Of a stretch of DNA of 56,550 nucleotides, positions 10,987 to 24,217 are shown piece by piece (within the stretch, counting starts at the first letter, position 1; the number at the start of each line of letters is the position of its first letter). Source of the DNA: Nemertoderma westbladi. Taxonomy: Eukaryota > Animalia > Xenacoelomorpha. Made by a program: the position numbers and the translations under genes. The notes beneath the pieces were generated by a model. That model was given only the letters and a program-made list of their open reading frames with translations, did not search any database and was not told the DNA's origin. Where the stretch lies: the NCBI GenBank assembly GCA_032718475.1, contig JAUCBJ010004904.1, forward strand, positions 1-56,550, given 5' to 3'.

Positions 10987-11731
10987 ACTAGATTTCATTA
11001 AAATTGAAAACTGACCTCAAAAATGAAATCAGCGGTCAGGAAAAACCCCATAGCAAAATTCTTAGCATGGTTTTATGCTTTCTTGTTGATAGATATATAT
11101 ATATTGGCAGACTTTCTCACATATTAACAGACAATTTTGACGCGGGAAGGTTCAAATTTTAAAGGCAATTATCTCGGAATGGTATTTTTTTGCATAAAAA
11201 TAGCTTCAGACAATTCAATTTTCAATAAATTTTCAAAAATTTTACTCCGAGGGGTTCTCTGATGTGCTCTCTTCAGATATCTCGACCTCGAATTCTGATT
11301 GTTTTATTCCATTATGGAAATAAATGGCCAAAATTGAATATAATATTGATAATTTTTAATTTGTCAAAATTAAACAATAAACAAAACCAAAAACAGCACC
11401 AAAATGACAATTGCTAATTAATTTTCGAGATTTTGCTTCGAGATATCGAAAGAGCATACAAACATTTTTGATGCGATTTGAAAAATTAGAAAGAAAAATA
11501 CTCAAAATTGAATCTGCTGAAGGTTTTTGGATCTTTATCCAAAAATTTGTCAATATTTTTCCAAATTTTTGAAAAATTTGAATTTGAATTTTTTATTTTT
11601 ATTCATAATTACAAATCTTCCATTGACCTTCATACAAAGTTATTGTCGTTTTTGACAATGAGAAATTGAATTGATGACAAAAAGAAAGGCAATTTAAAAA
11701 TTATGGCCATGTAGCGCTACCGGGGCCTTAA
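10987..11731. mobile_element. Possible non-autonomous DNA transposon fragment ending in ...GGGGCC|TTAA (Kolobok-like terminus)
   Basis: Only one terminus seen (gtagcgctaccggggccttaa); AT-rich, MITE-like interior. Confidence 0.3.
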
Positions 11732-11908
11732 AATAATACCTCTAGGCCAACGTATCGTATGTTTTCATTCTTATGTATTTAGTACTACAGAATTTAACTT
11801 GCTTAGTACCCTATCCTACTTGATATGTTCATGCAATCATATGTATTCAAAAATATACATTACATACGGATACGGATTACACAGGATTACGTTGTACCTG
11901 ATTCATAC

Positions 11909-12003
11909 CGGGGACAATTGCATGAATACACAACGACAAACCGGGGACGATTACCAATCCGGGGACGTCCCCGGAATGAATTGGTAGCTAAAATGCAATC
12001 TAC
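11909..12003 (+). repeat. Dispersed repeat, copy 2 (see 6086-6181)
   Basis: Direct sequence similarity to 6086-6181. Confidence 0.7.
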
Positions 12004-12875
12004 ATCAGCATCATTTTTTCTCCATATTCAGTACGAAATAAATTAATCGCTTATTAAAATATAAATTTTTGAAACGAAATAATACATGTATTGTTTTCTT
12101 CTTATATATTAAGTAATTCAGAATTAAAGCATTTAACTATATTATCTGACTGTAATAATGTTACGAACATAATGTAGTCAATAATATACCTACAATTATT
12201 AGGCACTATGCTGCGAAATTAAATGAATGTTTCTCAGGTTTAGTTAATTATTAAATTTCAAGTTCATTGGTTATTTTGATTATTATCACAAATAGCAATA
12301 AAAATATTAAAATATTTAGTTAAAATTGGTATAGCAAAAAGGAAATCTACGTATTGTTTCCTCACATCAAAATCATATTGCAGAGTTAGTTACGAATACA
12401 AGGATTTTAAGATTATGGCTGCCCATTGAACCCTTTCCATTTCTCAAGAATATTCCAGAACATTATTTGTTATCCAATCACATATCGTCTGACACGGCAG
12501 CACATTGTTTAATGTTTAACATTCGGTAGAGTTAATGATTGTGTATACTCTACCTGAAATGTGCTCAATCACACTGGGGACCGGGTCGTGATTGGACAAA
12601 AACTTAAACACACCAGTGAAATGTGTATGTATGATGTCCCCACTTCAGCCCATGAGTAACAAATTAGCAATCTTTAGAGTTGATAAATTTTGAAACAATA
12701 GAATGACGTAAAATGGTCTCCTGAGTCTATTGGTGCCAAAATAATTTAATTTAAACCAAGAATAAAGAAGTTATAAGGGAATCAATATCGACCCCAGAAC
12801 CGACCGATAGAAATAACGGTCCCCAGAATGGGGGTTGTACAAAGAGGGGTGTGTGTGTGTGTGTGTGTGTGTGTG

Positions 12876-13447
12876 TCGAATAGGCCTACCAAACATAGCA
12901 TCGATCTGAAATTTTATAACACGATTATGAACCATCAAAACAATGTACTTGCAAAATTTAATTAAAAAAGCTAGGTAGGAAGTGGGGAGAGTTATGGAGA
13001 TTTCAAATATGCAATCGGTTTTGTCACACATTTCTTAGTTTTCAAAATATTTCATGAAAACCAATGAGTACCCAAGTCCCAAAAAGTGGGTTCACCATGA
13101 AAGTTTCAATAATCCAGAATCATTAAACTCACCAGTCAGCCCTCATTTGCGACCTATAAAGGTTGGCAAACGTACATGATGGAAATATTTTCCAGACAAT
13201 ATGGTTGATGTGCGATGTGGTACATGCTATAGTACTTTTCATCACTACTTGATTTTCTTTATACAAAATATATATAATGCCACGACAAGGTTGAAAAATC
13301 GACCCACTAATTTTTTGGCCTTGCTGCCATTTGGCAGGCCGTATTTAAGTAGGCCATGGGTTTTCACTAATGTTCATTATCTTTCAATAACAGGATATTT
13401 TTACTTTATGTTTAATTTATTTTCTAATTTGTTATTTATTGGATTTG
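12876..13447 (+). repeat. ~570-bp near-identical inverted repeat, left arm
   Basis: Reverse complement of 19934-20503 with only a handful of differences; both arms give the same spurious ORF (MVDVRCGTC...). Confidence 0.95.
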
Positions 13448-13449
13448 GT

Positions 13450-14270
13450 GGATATGGTAGTGATCGCTATCATACACGACCTCGTCTTTAGTTTCATCCT
13501 CTCCTCTCCACTATCCAGCTTTCCATCGATGTGAATGCTGCCCCACTGTCAATCAACATCAGTGTTGTTACTGATCGCCTTTTTTCCCAATCATCCTTAG
13601 TGGGACCACTCTGAGCAACACTGTCCGTCCCTCACTTCTTAAAGTTCACCATTGTACTCGCCATTGTTTGATCTCCATTCGCGTTTTTCAGTGCTCGCTC
13701 TCGATACCAGTCCTTTCTACTGTATGTCATCCTACTCAACATCTATGACATAGTCCGAACTGCCCAGTATAAGCGTTTTGGTCCTGTTTTAATAACATAT
13801 GCCACTGCTCACAATCCTTCATCTTATGTGTTCCATTTCTGTGCAGCTGACATTTGTAGTTTGGATTATAACGCTTTCTATGTAGCATTTCGTGTATTTC
13901 GTCCAGGTCCGACTCGGATGGTTTATTGTTTTGGTTGCATATGTCTACCCCAGGGGTGATGTTTCCTCTGTAGCCACTATAGTTGCACTGCCTTTGTCCC
14001 TGCCACAAAGTGGTTTTTTTTTTCAGGACATTGTGGACTTTCAGTCCCCTGGGCTGTCGCTTATGGCGAAGATTGGCTCACTCTCGGAAGTGCGTCTGCC
14101 ACGCTGTCTTCCGGTTTAGGTCGGTTGTATTCCGGTTTCGGTACCTTGCCGAGACTCTCCTTGCTGTACACTGGGTCTGTTATCAACTCTGCCTCATATG
14201 TAAGGAAGCAGGAATGACACGGGAAGAGACTTCCCGTGGGTCTAGCGGATCGCCGAGTACACCATTCGAA
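13450..14270 (-). pseudogene. Decayed LTR-retrotransposon gag-protease remnant
   Basis: Minus-strand LIDSGA aspartic-protease motif at 13539-13556, and a stop-riddled knuckle LCHRC*VG*H near 13725-13755. Confidence 0.5.
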
Positions 14271-14451
14271 AGCTAATCTAACACCCCATGTCTGTCAGAT
14301 TTTCAAATTTCGAAACTGGTCGAAAGTTACAGCATCGAGAAGAGCGAAACGCTGCGAAATATCATCGCTGCGTCTGTTCAAACATCCGTAATTAGTGAAC
14401 TATATATACCGAATTTCGAAATATAAAAGATACGTGTTTTTGATTTATTAA

Positions 14452-16082
14452 CCCGCCGAAGACCATTTGATTCAGGTTACACCCAGGACCGTTTGGGTCA
14501 TATTGACCCACAGTATATTATTGATAATATTATCAATCAAAATGACCAAAAGTGAGGCTTTATCAGTGTGGAAACTCATTTGCGACTTAAGGGCAAGTTA
14601 CTTAGGCTATTTACATCCGATTTGGTTTCAATAACGAGCGTAGCGATTGACACTACGAAACGAGGGTTTCTCATTTTGTTCATATATGAACTGTACATAG
14701 AAATGTTGACAACTCCACCTGAACAAGCATGTGTATCAATATGAGTTTCATAATATCATTCACTTAAGTACTCAGACTATTTACATCAAACTGGGATTGA
14801 TTAAAGAGCGAAGCGAGTGACACAAAAACCGAGTCCACTTTAATTGAATAATTATTCGCAAACAATGAGAAAACATTTGAGTGGCACTAATTAAAGGCTA
14901 AACAACTGCGACAAATGATAATCTCTAATAGCACCTTACTATCACCCATCTGATATACATTTACATATACTGTAATTGTATAGAAGTATTCTACTGTAAA
15001 GATAATCTTATTTGTTTCCCAAATAAATAGTGAAGCAAATATATCATAAATATGTTACTACTAAAGCTACGGGACCTAAACACTACAGGACCTACTGCTA
15101 CTGACCTAACTCAGTAACTGCTTAAAGTATACCGATTTGGACCCAACGCTACCAGGCTGCTTTGTACAATGTACATTACACACAAAAGTGATTCTCAAAA
15201 ATGTTTCCATTTAGCACACAACTGTAATATATTAGCCCAAATTATTCATTTATAGGCCTATAGGCTAATGACAGAATGTCTACTGGATGCCGGAGGGTGT
15301 AGGCCTAGACAGCTAGATTATATATATTTAAGGCTATATAGCCAGACAGCCAGATACCAGTCCCGGTATAGCTTTAGGTCCTGGCAACCTAGTAGTTTTA
15401 GGTCCGGAGCATTAGGTCCGTGGCATAAGGTCCTGGCAGCCTGTAAGCATTAGGGCCGAGCCCTTTGGTCAGTAAGTCCAGTCTGCCTCCATAGCCAGGC
15501 AGGTTAGTAAAGGAACGGGTTATAGAGGCGAGTTGAAAGGAACCAAAACAATAAACGAGAGTTAGGAATAATTTAATGTAATGCGTTACAGGACCTAAAG
15601 TGTACCGGTTTGAACCTAACGCTATATTACCACTGACTAGGCCTAATTACAGTAGAAGACGTCCCATACCTGCATACAGGAAATATGGTTCACGGACGAT
15701 ACCAGGTTTCCATATTACACACACACACACGCACCGACATACAAACAGACATACTGTACAAACAGACGAATTGACTTTTCAATGTTGATTAAGCATCGCC
15801 CTGACTTGGAAAATTGATGTGTTTACAGAATTCGACTTTGCAAAACTGTTATTTATGAGTAAAACTATAATGGGTCATATTGACCCATTAGGCCCTTGGC
15901 GTTGCCTAACTTATAAAAGTCTAATTAAAAAGAAATTGTTAAACTAAAAGTTGTGACCCGGTTACATTTGGATAGAGTATAAAAAATTAGGAGAATTCAT
16001 GAATATTGTGAATATATTGAATTTGTACAGTTACATGTAAACTTCATTTTAGGTCAATTTGACCGAAACGGTCCTCGGCGGG
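14452..16082. mobile_element. piggyBac-like non-autonomous element
   Basis: TTAA|CCCGCCGAAGACC ... GGTCCTCGGCGGG|CTAA; subterminal palindromes of the GGGTCATATTGACCC type near 14495, 15872 and 16052. Confidence 0.8.
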
Positions 16083-16672
16083 CTAAAAGAGGTATCCGTA
16101 GAAAAAATAATATTTAAATTTCGTTAAAATTTACGCGCGCTAAAGCGATTTTTACGCTTATAAAACTATACCGAAATAGGAAAAATATATGTTACTGCTC
16201 AGGTATTGGTCAACAGATAAGAGATCGCTGGTAAAATCTTCCTGCTTGCTGGAGTAGCTAGATGTGTAGAAGGGAATGGTTGACTACAGGGCTGCCGGAG
16301 ATACTGTAGAATGCCATCCAGACAGAATTTCTTGACCACCCACCACCATCCTGCTTGCCTTGTAGGGGCTGCGCTGCTGGACGAGTCTACACATCCTTCT
16401 CAGATCTCAGGTATATACAAAATAGTTGAGTTATCAATAAAATAAATACAGTAATCAAATAATGTATAAATTTATATATATATATAAATAATAAATAAAT
16501 CAATAAATTATAATCAGTAGGATTATGCAGTATTATTATTCTACGGAATATTGGGCTGATTATTTTGTTTAGGATTTATGTAGAATGTTCTTAAAAAGTT
16601 ATATTTATGATTACATGGATTATTATCATTTTTTGGCTGAGGCATTAATAGTGTAAATTAATTTTATTCCAA

Positions 16673-16873
16673 AATTGTAACATTACTCAACGCCGTTAGT
16701 ATTAACAGCGAGTTGTTATTTAGCACTTTACAACTTTTAAGGACATTACAGCATTGTATTGGCATGTACATTTAGTACTATATTTGGTGTTATCCGTTAA
16801 GTAATGTCCCCATAGTGGACATTACTTGACGCCGTCATTAGTTACCACGTAAACAATAGGTGGAAATTTGCCT
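16673..16873 (-). repeat. Internal fragment of the Tc1-like family also present at 52902-53370
   Basis: Inverted similarity to 53143-53365. Confidence 0.75.
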
Positions 16874-17251
16874 GACAGCCAGATAGGCTTACTGCATTAC
16901 CTACTGGTAGGCGGGGTATAGCTATTAATAACCAGTTGGGCCTAGCTATATTATTATAACATGGCTCCACACGCCACCATATATATAAGCTAACTTATTT
17001 ATAACACAATTTATGTCATTTTTACATTTATTTATACGCAACGAATTTAATTTGTGCAGTTTCTATCACTTATAATATGTATACAATCATTTCGTAATGT
17101 CAAAATTTTTGAATAAAAATACAAACATAATTGTTGCAAAGTACAGTCATTCTGCCTAATTTGAGACATGGACCCAAACGTGAGACAAATTCAATATCAA
17201 CTTCAAGGGGCTCCTATTGAAACCTACTTAAAACTAATTTGAATAATGATC

Positions 17252-18596
17252 TGTGGGGCGAGCTACGAAGTGAGTGAGCCTTAGCGTAGTGGTACCATTA
17301 ATCAACCTGTCGTTCTGTCGCGTTCAATTTTAAACGTTAATAACTCGGCCAATCTTTGATGAAATCTATCCAAACTTGGTACACATGTTGTTTGGCAAAA
17401 GTTTAGAAATTTTCCAAGTAGAATTTCCGTGTGGCCTTCGAGAAGCTAAGATAATAGCAGTTAATTAGTTAATTAAGTTGATTACGGTAAAAACACCATT
17501 TTCAACCTGCCTTTTAAAGGAAATTAATTGTTTTACAGTATAAGATTTAAATAATTATAATTAAAAATTATACAGATGTAATCCACATACGCCATTCTAT
17601 TATAGTTTTTAATTAGTTCAAGTGATTTGCTTTAATAATTGTGTCTTTAATTGATCTAAAGTAATTAAAACGGCAAAAAAAATTGATTCTCATTAAATAC
17701 TGCTCATTTATTGGTTAACATCCAAGTTGGCTCGGTGCTGGTACATAGGATAGGAAGGATGTTTGGTGTGTGTAGAACAGCCAGTGCTCTTCAATGGGAA
17801 TGCGAATGTATGTAACCACATGTGTACAGGCCGGTAGACAGATTGGCCATAGCTAGCTAACGAGATGGAAATCTGAATTCCCTACTATTCAGTCTATTAT
17901 TGTGTTATTGTGTGTTAGACAGATCTCATTTAATAAATGTCAGTCAATAACATTTTACCACTGCAGAAGGCTTATTTATATCCATACTTGTTTTTTCCTC
18001 ATAAATATTGGGCTTATTATTTTTTGATGGGATTTCTTTGTAGTTGAATTGTCTAAGTTTTTACACTGAGGCATTAACAGAGGGTACTGGTATTAAATTA
18101 ATTATTTGAATATCATTACTGCATCGACTGCATTTAGTACTGCGTTCTGCATTGATTATATTCCTATAAACCATTCCTGGTTTCGCATATTGCACGTATC
18201 CATAGTTATAAAGATTGCCAGTCTGCGTTTAGGAAATATATTTAAATACAAAACAGGACGAGCGCAACGACGCTTATAATAATTAAGACGAGTACGGCGT
18301 TGATTATATTCCTATACACCACCTGGCTTTGCATATTGAACGTGCGATTGGAAATAAGTTCGTTCTACCCTTCCGTGGGTGGTAGATGTCGCGGTTATGT
18401 ATTGGTGGTTGGGAAGGGTGGGGGGGGGGGGGGGGGGTGGAGAGATTAAAAGGGGTGAACACGTACTGTCCCCCTTTCTTGGATTGATTGGTGGTGTGGG
18501 TAAATTTCTCAAAACCTGATTTTGTGATACAGTCGCTCAATTTTAATTTGTATCTCATAACTGGGCCTCGTGCTGCGTGAAGGCCCCACGAACGTG
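17252..18596 (+). mobile_element. Helentron-associated (HINE/DINE-like) non-autonomous element
   Basis: Termini TGTGGGGCGAGCTACGAAG...GAGCCTTAGCG and CGTGCTGCGTGAAGGCCCCACGAACGTG, both shared with 51404-52727. Confidence 0.55.
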
Positions 18597-19082
18597 TAAC
18601 CATTCCTGTACATCGTTAGGTATAATTCAACCGGATTGGATATACTTATAATATTTTAGCGGCCCGTTAAAAATCGAAGCTTTTTTTCATAAATTTTAAG
18701 GTTTTAAAATCGATATGAGATTTTTGCATTCCACTTCGACCTGATTCTCGAAATTATGACATTTTATAGTAAAAAGGCTATATTTTTATATAAAACTATT
18801 TTTATGTGGTAAAGATTTCATAGTTTTACATTTGACTACTGTCTTTAATATGGTATCGGTTTCCATGAATTTCCCCTAATTTGAGACAAGGAAATTATAA
18901 CCATAACAAGAGACAAATGTAGGCTAGGCCTTTGTATCTAAGTATCTGAAGTATAGAAACCATAGGCCCCCTATACACATACATTATAATTGCATCTGAC
19001 TTCTTTCAGAAAGTCACACTACAGTACCGGTAGGCCTACTGAATGTATCAGTTACATCAAGCTTAAATCATATATAGTACAG

Positions 19083-19370
19083 TATACTCCGACACTATTT
19101 CGGGTATATTCCGACACTATTCGGGTATATTCCGACACTATTCGGGTATACTCCGACACTATTTCGGGTATATTCCGTCCGTCACTATTCGGGTATACTC
19201 CGACACTATTTCGGGTATACTCCGACACTATTTCGGGTATATTCCGACACTATTTCGGGTATACTCCGACACTATTTCGGGTATATTCCGACACTATTCG
19301 GGTATACTCCGACACTATTTCGGGTATACTCCGACACTATTCGTGTATACTCCGACATTATTCCGGTGTA
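19083..19370. repeat. 21-22-bp tandem repeat (~13 units)
   Basis: Unit tactccgacactat(t)tcgggta, head-to-tail, no spacers. Confidence 0.95.
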
Positions 19371-19933
19371 TTTGGGTGGTAATTGTACAGTAGTCATCGA
19401 TGCCATAGCAACACATCAAATAAGACAATTCAATGAGATATTTAATTTAAAATATAACTTAATGCAGTTTGTCCTAGTTTTCCTTTTCAGAGTTTTGAAA
19501 GATTAGAAAGTCATCAAGTTTAATAACTACAGAACAGTATAACCTGGGACTGTTAATCAACAATCAATGGGACGATGATGCTGGATTAAATACGAATATG
19601 AATTTTATTTTCCCGTGTATCGGGCGTTTGTTAAGACCTACAATTTATTTATTGACAATTTATTTTATGGCCGGCCAAAAGGTTGTATTGTTAGACCAAC
19701 CCTCCTACATGTTGGAACTCGTGTTGCCACAGGAACGGCATCCGGTTGCTATCGGCAAACTTTACTACATAGCAACAGGGGGGTAAACGTGTTAGCGAAG
19801 AGAGTCTGAGTAAACCTAAGCAAGTTAAATAGGATAGCGGACAGCGAAATACAAGCGATGTTATTTTTATAGAAAGTTGATTCAAATAGGGCCTACGGAA
19901 CGTTATTTCCAATATAATTCAGTGGTGCAATTA

Positions 19934-20503
19934 CAAATCCAATAAATAACAAATTAGAAAATAAATTAAACATAAAGTAAAAATATCCTGTTATTGAAAG
20001 ATAATGAACATTAGTGGAAACCCATGGCCTACTTAAATACGGCCTGCCAAATGGCAGCAAGGCCAAAAAATTAGTGGGTCGATTTTTCAACCTTGTCGTG
20101 GCATTATATATATTTTGTATAAAGAAAATCAAGTAGTGATGAAAAGTACTATAGCATGTACCACATCGCACATCAACCATATTGTCTGGAAAATATTTCC
20201 ATCATGTACGTTTGCCAACCTTTATAGGTCGCAAATGAGGGCTGACTGGTGAGTTTAAATATTCTGGATTATTGAAACTTTCATGGTGAACCCACTTTTT
20301 GGGACTTGGGTACTCATTGGTTTTCATGAAATATTTTGAAAACTAAGAAATGTGTGACAAAACCGATTGCATATTTGAAATCTCCATAACTCTCCCCACT
20401 TCCTACCTAGCTTTTTTAATTAAATTTTGCAAGTACATTGTTTTGATGGTTCATAATCGTGTTACAAAATTTCAGATCGATGCTGTTTGGTAGGCCTATT
20501 CGA
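19934..20503 (-). repeat. ~570-bp inverted repeat, right arm
   Basis: Reverse complement of 12876-13447. Confidence 0.95.
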
Positions 20504-20853
20504 TATATTTCGTTTTTTTGATATTATTTTGTCGCGAAGTATTAATTATACATTTATATCGAATTAAAGTTTATTGTTGTTATGTTCGGCATGGATGTGA
20601 TAAATCTTTGATCCGTCGTCGACTGAGTCACCGTCTGTGTCCGTTCAGTTTTACTGAACACAGTCGCCATATTTTATTTGCTCATTTTCTCTAAAATGTC
20701 TTCTATAGGACGTATGAAAAGTCTTACACATTAAACAATATTTACATACAGTACCTAGTCCTGTTACTTCAAACTGGACGCACGCATTATGCAAAAACGA
20801 GCTGCTTTATTGAATAAAGAAGCACACATTATGGATACTCATTTATACATTTT

Positions 20854-21021
20854 CCGGTAACATGGAACCTAACGGTAAATTTATGGAGGATATAAAAAGT
20901 AAAAAAAAGACATGATGAGTGATATAAACGGACAATAAAAATTATTGCGGTTTTAATGTTGAGACGGGATCGTAGATCCCGACCGGGTAAGATTTAGTAC
21001 GCGTCACCTTTCTGCTGGGCT
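20854..21021 (+). repeat. 168-bp inverted repeat, left arm, with internal hairpin
   Basis: Reverse complement of 23745-23911; hairpin CGGGATC-gta-GATCCCG at 20965-20981. Confidence 0.95.
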
Positions 21022-21394
21022 CACTTCGGTCCCTTGGGACTCTTCCTCTCTCACTGCTCGCTCCCCACACTTGAATTGCACTGCTTTCACTTCCTCACAT
21101 GTCAACACCTCCTTCCGATACTTCCCCCGTTTCCCTTCTCCTCACTCTCATTGGGTCCCACGCATGTGTACATCATGCCAGTGAGATCCGTCTAAAGCCT
21201 CGTCCTACTATCGTAGTCAAGTGGTCCCCAATCCCAGTAGCTAATTGGAAAAGGTTGTATATATGACTGACTATAGTACTTACATTGATTGTATATTTAG
21301 ATTGATTATCTATATACGTACATACTAATTGCACTTAATTATTTGCACTGCATGTGGTGCCTTCCAGGCACACCCACATCTCTGTCCCTGAGTT

Positions 21395-22379
21395 CTAGTT
21401 CACTCCTCCCGTCTTCGGGAACCATCTAAGTTCTTTGCCCCTGTCATCGTCTTGTCTGGGCCGCTTCCTTCCCTCCGGCTTGTCCTCCCTGAGACTTCTC
21501 ATTCTTGCCGTTACCGTCTTGCTAAGCCCTGTCGTTGGTTCTTTGGGCGCTGGTGTTATCAACTCCCGGTAACGCTTTGCAGGTGGTCCCTCCGAATGTC
21601 CCTCCTGCTTCCCCCTGGTAGCGTCCCACAGGATCATTTTCATCGCCCGCGGCACGTGTTCTGCCAGAAAGTCCCTGAACTCGACCCTGTTTTCTGGCGA
21701 CCATCTATCCAAGTATCTCTGAGTGTTGATGAATCCTCCATATGATGCCGCTGTCGCTACCTCCTGATATGTGAATGGCAGTCTCCTCTTGATAATCTCC
21801 TGGTGGGCTCCTGGATTGATATTAAAGAAGCCCCACCTCCAACCGCTTCCAACTCCTTCCATCTCTTGTACGGTGTGTCCACCTCTCTGTCCACTAGGTG
21901 TCGGCTATCGTAGTACACCGACTCGCCCTTCAGCCCGGGTGGTCTACAAGACCCTCAAAGGCCACCTTAAAGGCTCTCCTGTGATTCCTGATAGCAGAAA
22001 CGCTGTCGGCTCTCTTCCGATAACTACGGCCATGAATAGGTTTAATAAATCTATCATTATCCAATCCTCCTGTAAGATATATCTCTTCTGATTTATCTTT
22101 ATCGCTCCCTTTCGGAACTGATATACCTTCTGTTTCCCTGGCCTCGCTCCCCATTTCAGCGAGTTCGCCAATTCCGCTCCGTACTCCTCTCGGAACTTGC
22201 CCCAGTCCATCGGCTTGTGGCAGACAAGCCCCATGAGCTGGCCATCGCCACTGCTTCACAATGTCCTGTGCCCGCTCCGTGCTCCTCCCGGAACTTGCCC
22301 CAGTCCATCGGCTTGTGGCAGACGAGCCCCATGAGCTCGGCTCTGCTCCACAATGTCCTGTGTTCTCTACCAACCCCAA
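21395..22379 (-). pseudogene. Decayed GC-rich ORF of unknown function, probably of TE or viral origin
   Basis: ORFs 21944-22234 and 21395-21862 share one frame, separated by TAGs at 21944 and 21905. A ~98-bp tandem duplication lies at 22174-22362. No recognisable motif. Confidence 0.4.
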
Positions 22380-22646
22380 AGTGCCAATTTTCCTTAGTTT
22401 TATTTTATTTTTATCTATGTTCCCCCCTGTCTGTGCTATTATCCTATCTACCTTCCTAGTTCCTTACGTGGCGCCCTCAGTGCCCACAACTTCTATGGTA
22501 CTATGTACCCTACTACTACTACCACATAAAGGGTATGTGTACACTACCCATACACATACAGACTATTAGCGTGGGGCAAGCCACTATGTGAACAGGCGGG
22601 GGCACAAAGGGGTCGGGGGTGCCTGGAGCACATACTAACTATAAGA

Positions 22647-23650
22647 TTGCTGATTGAATTGGCTAAATTTAAAACGGTGAAATTATATATAACTTTTGTT
22701 GATTTTTCAACAGCATTTGGCCGCGAATCACACCCAAAGCTATTTCAAGTCTTAATATCAATGGGTTGTAGTCGCCTTATGGTCAATATGTTAATTGCCA
22801 TCTATAAAATGACTAACAGTGTGTTGGGAAATATAATTATAAAGACAGCTATCGGTATTCTGCAAGGTTCCCCCACAAGTGTTTACCTTTTTGCTACTGT
22901 ATATACCTGAATCCTTTGATTGTATCCCTAAGAAAATATTGTATTCCAGACAAAATTTTGGGCTGGCTACATATTTTACTGCTAGTTGACGACTCGGTAA
23001 TACTAGCTACTACCCGCGCTGAAATGCTTGAGAAGTTGGGTATGCTGCGTAAATTCTGTCTCGAATATAACATGGCTATTACTGTAAAAAAAACTAAATT
23101 TCTGGTATTTGGCTTAGTAGAAAAATATGAAAAGGACGAGCTGTGCGTTGAACTACAGAGTCATGACCAAATCTATATTAAGAATTGTGACTCATATATT
23201 TATCTAGGGGCCCCGTTTAGTCAAGCTGGTGTTCCAAGTGTGGATATTGCTTTGCATTGCAAGGAAAAACACGTTCATATGTTGAAATTTTTTGGTTTCC
23301 TAAATAAACATCGCCTTATGCCAGTCTGGATAAAACTGTACGTCTTCCGAGCTGCGATAGTTGCGGCGATCTTTTACGCATCAGAAACGTTGGATTGGTT
23401 GGCGACCCACTAAACTGTTCACTTGGTACAATAACATGTTGCGTGCAACACTCGGTGTCCGTAAGGGCACCTGTCGAGACATGATATACATAGAATCGGG
23501 CGAAGCAGAACCGTCGGCCCTCATAAAGGATCGGCACCTAATTGACCAGATAAGGCTGTCGCACCCCGATATATATCACCCCATCCATATTGTCTGTAGC
23601 CCAGGTGCCCTATCGTTCGTGTACCAAGTTTTAGAAAAACTGGAGTAATC
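22647..23650 (+). pseudogene. Decayed non-LTR reverse transcriptase fragment
   Basis: LYITFVDFSTAF, GILQGSPTS, WLHILLLVDD, KKTKFLV, YIYLG; broken by frameshifts and stops. Confidence 0.85.
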
Positions 23651-23744
23651 TATACCTATAAAAATCAAGCCCTCTCTCTCTCGAGAAACACAAACTCTGT
23701 TATTTTTCCCCAACGGCCTTCGGCCAAAAGGACAGTAGCACAGC

Positions 23745-23911
23745 AGCCCAGCAGAAAGGTGACGCGTACTAAATCTTACCCGGTCGGGATCTACGATCCC
23801 GTCTCAACATTAAAACCGCAATAATTTTTATTGTCCGTTTATATCACTCATGATGTCTTTTTTTTACTTTTATGTCCTCCAGAAATTTACCGTTAGGTTC
23901 CATGTTACCGG
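23745..23911 (-). repeat. 168-bp inverted repeat, right arm
   Basis: Reverse complement of 20854-21021. Confidence 0.95.
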
Positions 23912-24055
23912 TTTCTCTACTGCTGTTCTCTCAGGCTATCAGTACCAGTATTAGTTTTTTTTTTACTTTTTATGTCCTCCAGAAATTTACCGTTAGGTTC
24001 CATGCTACCGGTTTCTCTACTGCCGTTCTCTCAGGCTATCAGTACCGGTATTAGT
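23858..24055. repeat. ~99-bp tandem duplication straddling the outer edge of the right inverted-repeat arm
   Basis: tttttacttttatgtcctccagaa...cagtacc.gtattagt occurs twice. Confidence 0.9.
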
Positions 24056-24217
24056 ATACTGTATAGAGCACTATTTCGCAGTATTGCTGTATTGTATGTA
24101 CAGATGTAGGCATAAAGCAGGTATATTAGGTATTTTAGTACCGGTACCGGTACTGCTGTAGGCCTACTGTGTAGCCTACCATTTAAATACGGTAATGGTA
24201 GGCCTACCGGCTGACCG

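Noticed and set aside
13201-13491. Duplicated 96-aa ORF (also 19893-20180)
   Set aside because: A by-product of the inverted repeat; AT-rich, no motif, and the C-termini diverge at the repeat edge.
19083-19370. CRISPR-like look of short partly palindromic repeats (also 24218-24760)
   Set aside because: Units are head-to-tail without unique spacers, no cas genes are present, and the context is eukaryotic.
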